Part shown: one piece after another, positions 56,741 to 64,000 of the stretch
How the letters are laid out: every line of letters begins with the position of its first letter
Numbering within the stretch: position 1 is the first letter of the stretch
Origin: Candidatus Tenebribacter davisii
Lineage (GTDB): Bacteria; Cloacimonadota; Cloacimonadia; Cloacimonadales; TCS61
Length of the DNA stretch: 64,000 bases
Direction: 5' to 3'
NCBI GenBank assembly: GCA_030765535.1
Contig: JAVCCH010000098.1
Location: 38,563-102,562, forward strand
Notes under the pieces: model-generated
What the model saw: the letters and a program-made list of their open reading frames with translations, nothing else
What the model was told of the DNA's origin: nothing
Database searches by the model: none
Made by a program: the position numbers and the translations under genes

Positions 56741-56868
56741 AATATTTCCTTTTTAAATTGGGGTCAATGGAACTCGGGGTAAAAAATATATGAATAAATT
56801 AAACTTTACCTAAAAGGTTAGTCAACCCCTATCCACCCGTTGTGGTGTCCCATCAACCTCAAACTGTT

Positions 56869-57168
56869 TCATGATTTCTTCCCCGATTCAATGTTTCCAC
56901 CATATACACTTCTTTTCTCATTACTTTTGAAAGGCTTTCCTGCTTTAGTGTAACATGTCCCATAATAACAACCTTCAGGGAAGTCCTTAGCAAATCCCAT
57001 CGTAGCAGTGATTCTTTCCACTTTTACAGTTCCAGTATGATCAGTGACAAACTCACCTATTTTAGCTTTTGCATTGGTAAGTACAAATTGTTTTGCCAGA
57101 AATGAATTTTCTTCTTGATGCTTTCTGTTCAATAGGTTCTTTTTGTCCAGATATTCAGCTTTATTCAT
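56869..57168 (-). CDS. Hypothetical protein (99 aa)
   Basis: ORF only. Confidence 0.3.
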   Translation of the reverse strand: MNKAEYLDKKNLLNRKHQEENSFLAKQFVLTNAKAKIGEFVTDHTGTVKVERITATMGFAKDFPEGCYYGTCYTKAGKPFKSNEKRSVYGGNIESGKKS

Positions 57169-57362
57169 GTTGTTTCTCCTATTTCAATGTATCCTAAATT
57201 TACAAGAGACTGGATAACATTCTCGATTTCTTCCTCACACACGGAAAAGTCAGTACCTTTCATATCAAAATAAACTGCTTGGATCTGTTCTCTGTTTAAC
57301 TGCCATTGATCTTTTTGACCGAATGTTTCTGATCTTTTGAATTTTTTAATAGTATTTGTCAT
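57165..57362 (-). CDS. Hypothetical protein (65 aa)
   Basis: Coupled to the downstream ORF. Confidence 0.3.
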   Translation of the reverse strand: MTNTIKKFKRSETFGQKDQWQLNREQIQAVYFDMKGTDFSVCEEEIENVIQSLVNLGYIEIGETT

Positions 57363-57462
57363 TTAATCTCGCTTTTGATCGTCAAAATCTTTCGTTTGAT
57401 AGCGTTTTAGATCTTTTGCATGTCAGTGTATCAGTTAAAACTCAATAACTCTTCAATAACAC

Positions 57463-58089
57463 TTATTCATTCAATTCTATGACTTCCTCAGATTTAATTT
57501 TCTTCAGTACATCTTTTGATGATCCTACGGCAATACTGATTTTTCTGACATGATTCTTTACATATTGATAAGCAGGACTACACGAATCACAACCTTCCCA
57601 ATTTAAACATTGTTCTACTGCAAGACGGCAACAAACAGCATCATCAAAATCTTTGAAAGTTCCTAAATTTTTTGTTTTTTGATTTATAGCAATCATAGCT
57701 GTCCAATATCTATCTCTTTTAGAAAAAGTGACTCCCTTAACTCCACTTTTATTATCCTTTCTATTTCCTGCATTTTTAATATTACATGATCTGGAAACTT
57801 CCCTAAGATTACTAATCCGATTATTATGCTTTACTCTATCAATATGATCAATATCATTTTCCGGAAAATAACAATAAACATAAAACCAAGCAAGTCTATG
57901 AGCTTTGTACTGTGTTGTATTAACACGTATAGCAATATACCCTTCAGAATTTTTATACCCTGCAATTTCTCCAATCTTAACACTTTGATTATTAGAAATT
58001 TTTCTTATAAAAATTCCTGTTAATGGATCATAATCAAGTTGCCTTACCAATTCTTCGTGAGTCAATTTTTCTTTTTCTAAGTGATTCAT
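57463..58089 (-). CDS. HNH-AP2 homing endonuclease (copy 3)
   Basis: DIDHIDRVKHNNRISNLREVSRSCN plus SGVKGVTFSKRDRYWTAMIAINQKTKNLGTFKDFDDAVCCRLAVEQ. N-terminus is about 70% identical to copy 2. Confidence 0.7.
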   Translation of the reverse strand: MNHLEKEKLTHEELVRQLDYDPLTGIFIRKISNNQSVKIGEIAGYKNSEGYIAIRVNTTQYKAHRLAWFYVYCYFPENDIDHIDRVKHNNRISNLREVSRSCNIKNAGNRKDNKSGVKGVTFSKRDRYWTAMIAINQKTKNLGTFKDFDDAVCCRLAVEQCLNWEGCDSCSPAYQYVKNHVRKISIAVGSSKDVLKKIKSEEVIELNE

Positions 58090-58198
58090 CTATCATTCTC
58101 CTAAGTACATCAGAAACAGTTCTACCTTCCTGTTCTGAAATCTTTTTAAGATTTTTCAACTGTTCATCTGATAGTCTAACTGCAAATGTTTTTTTCAT
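58034..58198 (-). CDS. Small ribbon-helix-helix protein overlapping the start of HNH copy 3
   Basis: MKKTFAVRLSDEQLKNLKKISEQEGRTVSDVLRRMIDESL is homologous to the RHH upstream of HNH copy 1. Confidence 0.45.
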   Translation of the reverse strand: MKKTFAVRLSDEQLKNLKKISEQEGRTVSDVLRRMIDESLRKRKIDSRRIGKAT

Positions 58199-58241
58199 AG
58201 AATCACTTTATCACTTCATGTATTACAGTGCAACACATTTT

Positions 58242-59138
58242 TTATTTTAATTTCAGTACTTGTTTCCAGGGATGTATATTCTCAAGTATGGCATCAAACT
58301 GGTATTCGACACACAACTGGATAAACTTACGTAAACTTGGGTGATCTGGCCTTATTGTGAAATCAGGAGTACCACGCATAGGCAATATTACTAATGCCTT
58401 ATTCCTGTTTATGATGTTCTTTCCAGCACGACTTTCTATTGCTTTGTATGCTTTAGTGGTGGACTTCATTTTTCCGGTTAAGTAATTTAACGCCCCTGTT
58501 TGTGCCACATGCATCTGTTTTTTAGTAGGATCAGATTTAGGAATTTCTACACCTTTAATGTTGTCGCTTGCACAACCGCCCATTGCCTTAACACGCTTCC
58601 ACATCTTAGATGGTATTTTAAATTCTCTTTCAAAATCAGTAATGGTATAATAGTTATTGGTTTTAGCATTGAGCATACACACATTATTGGTAAGTAACAT
58701 ATACATATCATGATCCGTACTACAAATTACAATCTGTTCATTTGGGTATTTCTTGCAGATACGTCCAATAGAATCATCAGCTTCAAATCCTTCAGAACCA
58801 AATAGATTTCTGTATCCTATTGTTGGAAGAACATAGTCAATAATCTTTTCAAATTGGGGATGAGCCAAATTATCAAGAATGATTTGCTGTTCTGTTCTGT
58901 TCTGTCCTCGTTTCTCTTTGTACGTTGGGTATAATTCTTTTCGTTTTGATGAATGGCTATCAAGAGCAAAGACTATTTGGTTTGCTCCTGTTTTTTTTAT
59001 GAGGAAATTCAATTTCATTAGGAAGCCATAAATAATGAAAGTGTGCTTTTCATTCTCAGATAATCTATTTTTACCTAAAGAAAATTTTATTGTATGAAGG
59101 ACTGCCAGAAGATCAAGGATTAATATTCTTTGTTTCAT
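58242..59138 (-). CDS. 5'-3' exonuclease / flap endonuclease (FEN, T4 RNase H / T5 D15-like)
   Basis: Motifs ILILDLLAVLH, FALDSHSSKRKELYPTYKEKR, EGFEADDSIGRI and ICSTDHDMYMLL match FEN-family conserved blocks. Start at internal MKQRIL. Confidence 0.6.
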   Translation of the reverse strand: MKQRILILDLLAVLHTIKFSLGKNRLSENEKHTFIIYGFLMKLNFLIKKTGANQIVFALDSHSSKRKELYPTYKEKRGQNRTEQQIILDNLAHPQFEKIIDYVLPTIGYRNLFGSEGFEADDSIGRICKKYPNEQIVICSTDHDMYMLLTNNVCMLNAKTNNYYTITDFEREFKIPSKMWKRVKAMGGCASDNIKGVEIPKSDPTKKQMHVAQTGALNYLTGKMKSTTKAYKAIESRAGKNIINRNKALVILPMRGTPDFTIRPDHPSLRKFIQLCVEYQFDAILENIHPWKQVLKLK

Positions 59139-59232
59139 ATCTGTTCCTGTTAAAAAGGGATGTGTACATAAAGCACACACCCCTATATTATAAAATCAAA
59201 AAATTAGGAGTTAGATTCTAATCTTTTATTAA

Positions 59233-59820
59233 TCAATCATCCCATTCCGAATCATCCCATTCGTCAGCATCGCCAGCATCGCCAGAACCTTCTTCACCAT
59301 CTTCTTCAAACAGAGCATCAATTACAGCGGCCCGGAAATCATCAATCTTTTTGAAATCTTTTGGATTGAGTTCCAGTTCTTCTTCAGCAATCAGAGCAAC
59401 AAGCTCCGCTTTTTTCATTTTTTTGATGTCATCTTCCGTGAGTTCATCACCTTCTCCATCTTCAGTTCCGTTGTCAAGTTCTCCAGCATCGGGACCATCA
59501 TCTACAATTTCCTCTTCCTCATCTGTTTCAACGATTTCCTCTTCCCCGTCACCAACAAGACGATCAAACAGTTCGTCAAGTTTTGTTTCCAAGATGTCAT
59601 AGATCTGATCAGCAAGAACCATGGGATCATTACCCTCTTTTACATTTTCAGAAAGAGAAATAGAAGCTTTCTCTTTACCGAAATCAGAGGAGATGCCGAT
59701 GGATACTGTCAATCGCCTGTCTTTCAGAAATATCGCTTCAATTGCAGTTTCTACTGTGGGTGATACTGTTGTACCTGTTGCTGTGTCTGCTTTTTTTACT
59801 ACTTTTTTACGAATAGCCAT
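59233..59820 (-). CDS. Acidic protein (195 aa; C-terminal half Asp/Glu-rich)
   Basis: DEEEIVDDGPDAGELDNGTEDGEGDELTEDD...DEWDDSEWDD. Confidence 0.35.
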   Translation of the reverse strand: MAIRKKVVKKADTATGTTVSPTVETAIEAIFLKDRRLTVSIGISSDFGKEKASISLSENVKEGNDPMVLADQIYDILETKLDELFDRLVGDGEEEIVETDEEEEIVDDGPDAGELDNGTEDGEGDELTEDDIKKMKKAELVALIAEEELELNPKDFKKIDDFRAAVIDALFEEDGEEGSGDAGDADEWDDSEWDD

Positions 59821-59858
59821 TTATAATTCTCCAGTTAAATGTTATTGATTGATAAACC

Positions 59859-62279
59859 CTAATATTTCCTCTTTCTCTGGGGCTTTAATTTGCCTATGAC
59901 ATTATCATAAGTTTCCTGACAGAGAGCAAATAATTCTTCCTCTCTGTTGTTATCTTCAATATCAGCAATTAATTGTTTCATGGATGGATTAATCCATTTA
60001 TCTTCATCGGATTTCTTTTTCTTTGGTGCTAATACTGTTAAAAATCCTTTTGTATTAATTGCTTTGGCAGTTCCAGTCCAGACACCTTCTTCCACAATGA
60101 ATATGATACAAGATGTTAAATTATCTACACCGTAATCAAATAGAATGGGGAAGTAAGCTTCTCCATGTCTGCCTGTCAATTTGTTCTTTGTAATTTTGGC
60201 TTGAACATTTGTAATCACTGTTCTTTTACCTTTTTTCTCTCGCTTTTGACAAGCTAACCAAATTTCATGTGCTGCATAAAATTTAAGAGCTTTACCTCCA
60301 GATCTTACTTTCGGAGTAAACTTTGCCCCGAATCCTATATTATCTCTTGTCTGTGAAATAACAATTAATAATGAACCATGATCATTTAGATCCTGTGTCC
60401 GTTGGGAAAACATTTCTGATGCTTTTTTTGCCTTACCATCTCCGAAACTTCCGGTTGTTTCATTATCTTTTTCTCTTTTCTTCCTGTTTTCTGAATCTTT
60501 TTTCATAGCAGCTTCAGAGGTCAATCCATCAAATGAATCAAGAACATAGATGAATGGTTCATCTTCCTTCAAAGCTCTTGCAAGATTATCATTTAAATCT
60601 TCAATTGTTTTAGAACGAATATCCTTTTCAATTCTATCAAAGACCATCTCACCAAAAAGATAAGCAATATCAAATTCGTCAGCGGCTTCAACGTCATCAA
60701 AGATGAATCGAAAGTTATTGAATCTTTTTTCCAATGTACACTCTGCAAAAACAGTTAATGCAAATAAAGTATTATGACTCACAAACCCATTGCTCCAAAA
60801 TAGGTGAGTATTTGGTATATGAACATCGTAAACAACTGTTTCTTTTTCTATATGTTTAACTTCTTTTATTGCATCAAAACAATATCCTGAATTTTGTATT
60901 TGTCTGTATAGGGATAAATCAATTGGTAATTCAGAAAATGTTTTAATAAATTCATTAATTAATCTTTTTGACCCATTTTTTACATTTGCAAATTTGAATC
61001 TTGGAAAAATTCCATCGTAATATCTACATCTACCATTTTTTGCCCATCCTAACTTTCTCCTAAGTTTGTTTATGTCCTCTTTCATTTTATTTGCTAAGTT
61101 TGGAACAGAATCATAATCACTATTTCGATATTCACTTTTTACTGGAATATTATATTTTAAACTTCCTATTTGTTCTCTATAAATATTTAATTCATTACCA
61201 TAAAAAGCAACAGCCCAATACTTATGATCATGAAATTTTACTCCGTCAAAAGCACCATCCTTAAATGATAGTGTAGATATAATTCCAAAATTTAGCAACA
61301 TTAAATGAACTTGGTTTGCTAATTGTTTGGATGTCGAAAAGTATGTTATTTCTTTATCAGATCCTCCGCTATCACAGTCAAACAAAGCTCTTAAAAATGC
61401 AGCTTGAATTGATTTCGGTGATTGAAGAATACAATCAGGTACATATTTATATCTTGCTGTAAAATTATCAAGATTAAATATTTTTGAGATTATCATTTGA
61501 AGATGCTTACTTGATATTCCGTTTAAGTTTAAATGTAACCCGAGATTATCACTAATAACTTCTAAATCTTTTCTAATATACTTTTTTGTATTTGAAATAT
61601 GGACTTGATTTTTGGATATGTTTCCATCCGCAACAATATATCCTAATAATCTTGCAAAATTTTCATCTACATGTTCTGGAATGTTTGCTTGTTTTACATT
61701 AGTTCCTTTAACAATAATTTTTGGCAATTTAAATAAATTTAAAGGGAAACAGTTTGTGGAACGAGCTATTATAGCACAATCACCTTGTTTTATATCTTTC
61801 AATTTTTTCATTTCAAATTGAAAATTGTTATTGAAAATCATAATAGGGTGATCTTTTGTTCCTTCTATTGAATATCCTTTATTTGTTTTAATTTTTATTG
61901 TTTTTGCAACTTCTTCTTTCCAAAAATGTGATGTTGTGTCAGAGATTCCTTTTGAAGTTGCCAATTTTTGTTTATACATTGAAGTCCCAAAATCAAAAGA
62001 TTTGCCGATAGAATCAATATATTCCATTCCGTTTTCTGTTAAAATATAGGAATCCCTAACACATTTCCCTGCATGAGAATCACCAATTAAATTGATTAAC
62101 TTGCCGAATTTAAATGCGCCTTCAATTCTACCAGAACATTCAAGATTAAAAGTTATTGACCCAGTAGGTACTAATTTTTCTGGATCGACTTCTTTAGATT
62201 TTATTACTTTCTTTTTCAATGAATCTTTGAAATCCTTTTTAATCTTTTTAATCCTACTTATCTTTTTGAGTTTAGACAT
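59859..62279 (-). CDS. RecA/UvsX-like recombinase precursor with a 431-aa LAGLIDADG intein in the P-loop
   Basis: Extein (375 aa): ...GKLINLIGDSHAGK|TLFALTV... gives Walker A GDSHAGKT once spliced. LIVISQTRDNIGFGAKFTPKVRSGGKALKFYAAHEIWL resembles RecA loop-2 and downstream blocks. Intein: CVRDSYILTENG..., LAGLIDADG motifs LLGYIVADGN and FLRALFDCDSGGS, end VHIPNTHLFWSNGFVSHN|T. Confidence 0.65.
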   Translation of the reverse strand: MSKLKKISRIKKIKKDFKDSLKKKVIKSKEVDPEKLVPTGSITFNLECSGRIEGAFKFGKLINLIGDSHAGKCVRDSYILTENGMEYIDSIGKSFDFGTSMYKQKLATSKGISDTTSHFWKEEVAKTIKIKTNKGYSIEGTKDHPIMIFNNNFQFEMKKLKDIKQGDCAIIARSTNCFPLNLFKLPKIIVKGTNVKQANIPEHVDENFARLLGYIVADGNISKNQVHISNTKKYIRKDLEVISDNLGLHLNLNGISSKHLQMIISKIFNLDNFTARYKYVPDCILQSPKSIQAAFLRALFDCDSGGSDKEITYFSTSKQLANQVHLMLLNFGIISTLSFKDGAFDGVKFHDHKYWAVAFYGNELNIYREQIGSLKYNIPVKSEYRNSDYDSVPNLANKMKEDINKLRRKLGWAKNGRCRYYDGIFPRFKFANVKNGSKRLINEFIKTFSELPIDLSLYRQIQNSGYCFDAIKEVKHIEKETVVYDVHIPNTHLFWSNGFVSHNTLFALTVFAECTLEKRFNNFRFIFDDVEAADEFDIAYLFGEMVFDRIEKDIRSKTIEDLNDNLARALKEDEPFIYVLDSFDGLTSEAAMKKDSENRKKREKDNETTGSFGDGKAKKASEMFSQRTQDLNDHGSLLIVISQTRDNIGFGAKFTPKVRSGGKALKFYAAHEIWLACQKREKKGKRTVITNVQAKITKNKLTGRHGEAYFPILFDYGVDNLTSCIIFIVEEGVWTGTAKAINTKGFLTVLAPKKKKSDEDKWINPSMKQLIADIEDNNREEELFALCQETYDNVIGKLKPQRKRKY
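60771..62063 (-). mobile_element. LAGLIDADG-type intein within the recombinase gene
   Basis: Cys1 codon at 62063-62061, terminal Asn codon at 60773-60771, +1 Thr. Confidence 0.65.
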
Positions 62280-62282
62280 AAT

Positions 62283-63251
62283 TTACCTTTTACGGCGTTT
62301 TCTTTTCACAGTAGTTCCGTCAGAACCGGATGGTTTTGTTCTGTCAGCAGGACGTTTTCTTTTAGGAGGAGTGGGTGTGTCCTCTTCCTTGTCATCACCG
62401 AAACCAGAATCATCAATATCCGTACTCTCATCATCAGCCCAAGGATTATCTTCTGCATCTCCTGGACCATCAGGCTCATCCAGCAGTTTCATCTTTTTCA
62501 ATGTGCCACGGAATTCTTTTTCAATTTCTGCATAATCAGGGTGCATATTTACGATGCTATCCAAGGGGAATGTAAGATCAAGAATTTTATTTGGGATTGG
62601 TGAGTCTCTTTCAACTAAACGATGGCCGAGATGAGTTGTATTTGTCATACTGGCACCCTTACGAGTCCAGGCAAGAGATCTCCCTGAATCAGGATCAGAG
62701 AATTTTACGAACCCACCACCTTTTGGCAGTTTGGCAATTGCTTCAATATTTGCTTCCATAAAGAAATGTGAAGCTTCATGAATCTGAATGCCTTTCCTCT
62801 CTTCTTCCCTGTTATCATGAACCCACAGAAAATAAACAACCCGATGTTTTGCTACGAGGTTTTTCCAGTCATCTTTGTCAAGCTTGTTTGCTTTCATGAA
62901 TTCACAGATAGGACAAGGTTCACCAAAGTTTTCATGCGGACAAACATAAGGTTTGAGCATTTCCCCTACATTTGTATGGACAAATAAGTCCAGAACATAA
63001 TCCAAATTACCTTCTTCCGTTACCGGCTGAAGCCGTTCATCAAAAGGCATATCAGGACCAGCTTCAAAGGGAATGATATCAACAATATGTTCTCCCTCTT
63101 TACATTTCCAGAACTCAACTCCTTCGGGAACTTTGTCCTTATTGAAGATGGTTGGAAATCTTCCCCCACCTGTTGATTTAGTGCCTTGATTGTGCCTTTT
63201 TCCAAGGCTTTTACTACCGCCGCTTTTCGCCATCCTATCTCTGAAACCCAT
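62283..63251 (-). CDS. T4 gp32-like zinc-binding ssDNA-binding protein with acidic region and unusual basic C-terminal tail
   Basis: His-13...CPHENFGEPCPIC reproduces gp32 zinc-ligand spacing (H-13-C-9/10-C-2-C). Acidic DEPDGPGDAEDNPWADDESTDIDDSGFGDD. Terminal KRKRPADRTKPSGSDGTTVKRKRRKR. Confidence 0.55.
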   Translation of the reverse strand: MGFRDRMAKSGGSKSLGKRHNQGTKSTGGGRFPTIFNKDKVPEGVEFWKCKEGEHIVDIIPFEAGPDMPFDERLQPVTEEGNLDYVLDLFVHTNVGEMLKPYVCPHENFGEPCPICEFMKANKLDKDDWKNLVAKHRVVYFLWVHDNREEERKGIQIHEASHFFMEANIEAIAKLPKGGGFVKFSDPDSGRSLAWTRKGASMTNTTHLGHRLVERDSPIPNKILDLTFPLDSIVNMHPDYAEIEKEFRGTLKKMKLLDEPDGPGDAEDNPWADDESTDIDDSGFGDDKEEDTPTPPKRKRPADRTKPSGSDGTTVKRKRRKR

Positions 63252-63295
63252 GCTCTTTCTCCTAATTTACTGTTTGCCTTAATTGGGCGATGCCC

Positions 63296-63793
63296 TTACT
63301 TGGCTTTTTTTCTTCTTGTTCCGTTGTTCAATGATTTTTTCTGTGCCTGATAACTCCCCTTTTCTTTTAGATTGTCAACATCTCTTTGTTTATTCCTTGG
63401 TTCAGAATAAAACCCACCTATTTTTAATGATGTAAGATTGCTCAGAGCTAATTTTCTATGATCAAAAGCAGTTTTAACCCCAAGTAATACATTGGCATCC
63501 CTTGCGGCATCAATAAATTTTCGTTCAGCTTCCCTATAACTTTTTGATTTTGCAATGTATTCTTTGATAGCTGGTTCAGTTGGTTTTGAGTCAAAGAATT
63601 TTTCCCAATCTTTTTTGATTGAGGAATATGCTTGAGCATAAACAAGATCAGCTTTTGACTTCATTAAATCTCTGTTATGCAATGCATCAGCATGTGAGGT
63701 TGCGTAATATAAAAAATGAGAGGCTTGAGTCAACCATTCTGACTCAAGATCAAATTCATTTATTTTTATATCTTCGTTATATTTATGTTCCAT
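63296..63793 (-). CDS. Hypothetical protein (165 aa)
   Basis: ORF; start overlaps the stop of the upstream HNH gene (TAATG). Confidence 0.35.
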   Translation of the reverse strand: MEHKYNEDIKINEFDLESEWLTQASHFLYYATSHADALHNRDLMKSKADLVYAQAYSSIKKDWEKFFDSKPTEPAIKEYIAKSKSYREAERKFIDAARDANVLLGVKTAFDHRKLALSNLTSLKIGGFYSEPRNKQRDVDNLKEKGSYQAQKKSLNNGTRRKKAK

Positions 63794-64000
63794 TATTGAA
63801 TATTCTCCTTTACATATAAATATGCAGGGCTATTACTATCACAACCTTCCCAATTAACACATTGCTCTGCTGTCAATCTATAACAAACAGCTTCATCAAA
63901 AGTTTTACAAAATCTTAAATCCAGTCTTTTCCCACTTATAAAAATGTTTGCTACCCATCTATTTCTATTTTTATACCAACTAACTCCTTTAATTCCTGAA
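63793..64000 (-). CDS. HNH-AP2 homing endonuclease (copy 4), 3' part; gene continues beyond the window
   Basis: Reverse-strand translation ...GIKGVSWYKNRNRWVANIFISGKRLDLRFCKTFDEAVCYRLTAEQCVNWEGCDSNSPAYLYVKENIQ* matches the C-termini of copies 1-3. Confidence 0.6.
   Translation of the reverse strand, partial: SGIKGVSWYKNRNRWVANIFISGKRLDLRFCKTFDEAVCYRLTAEQCVNWEGCDSNSPAYLYVKENIQ

Noticed and set aside
59233-59820. The acidic 195-aa protein as the SSB
   Set aside because: It has no zinc motif or OB-like N-terminus. The gp32-like zinc protein at 62283-63251 is the better SSB candidate, so the function of this acidic protein is left open.

Overview
This window looks like part of a tailed-phage (siphovirus-like) genome. 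It is AT-rich. Strong Shine-Dalgarno sites, sigma70-like promoter candidates and an M15 endolysin with no cell-wall-binding domain together hint at a Gram-negative host.

Layout:
- 1..1750: non-coding, extremely repeat-rich. It holds several independent 10-12-bp and 18-bp tandem iteron arrays, palindromes and recurring GC-rich boxes, and lies directly upstream of the packaging genes. It is probably the origin, a packaging site, or both.
- 1753..43360, + strand: a late, lambda-like structural operon. It runs small terminase candidate, large terminase (interrupted by an intein), portal, scaffold, major capsid, connector and HK97 gp10-like proteins, major tail protein, a tail chaperone pair made by a -1 frameshift, a 1622-aa tape measure, then gpM-, gpL- and gpK-like proteins and a giant 2974-aa protein that fuses gpI-like and gpJ-like parts. 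A lipoprotein, side-fibre-like repeat proteins, a lysis cassette with an M15 endolysin, and further fibre or receptor-binding candidates follow. A hairpin plus T-run terminator sits at about 43.6 kb, where transcription converges.
- 43701..64000, - strand: early, T4-flavoured DNA metabolism. It holds a divergent thymidylate-synthase-family enzyme, a dCMP deaminase with an in-frame TGA, an SbcC/Rad50-like ATPase split at the zinc hook with an SbcD/Mre11 gene between the halves, a 5'-3' flap exonuclease, a degenerate endonuclease VII-like protein, a UvsX/RecA-like recombinase carrying a LAGLIDADG intein in its P-loop, and a gp32-like zinc SSB. There are also four paralogous HNH+AP2 homing-endonuclease genes, two of them preceded by small ribbon-helix-helix (RHH) genes, a possible NfeD-like/SPFH membrane pair, and several small paralogous gene arrays.

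Five items are most worth a second look:
- an HNH gene nested in an alternate frame inside the large-terminase intein;
- the SbcC split at its zinc hook;
- the dCMP deaminase locus;
- the fusion of the gpI-like and gpJ-like tail-tip genes;
- the two large tandem-repeat structural proteins.

All calls come from reading the sequence and the ORF track by eye; no database searches were run.
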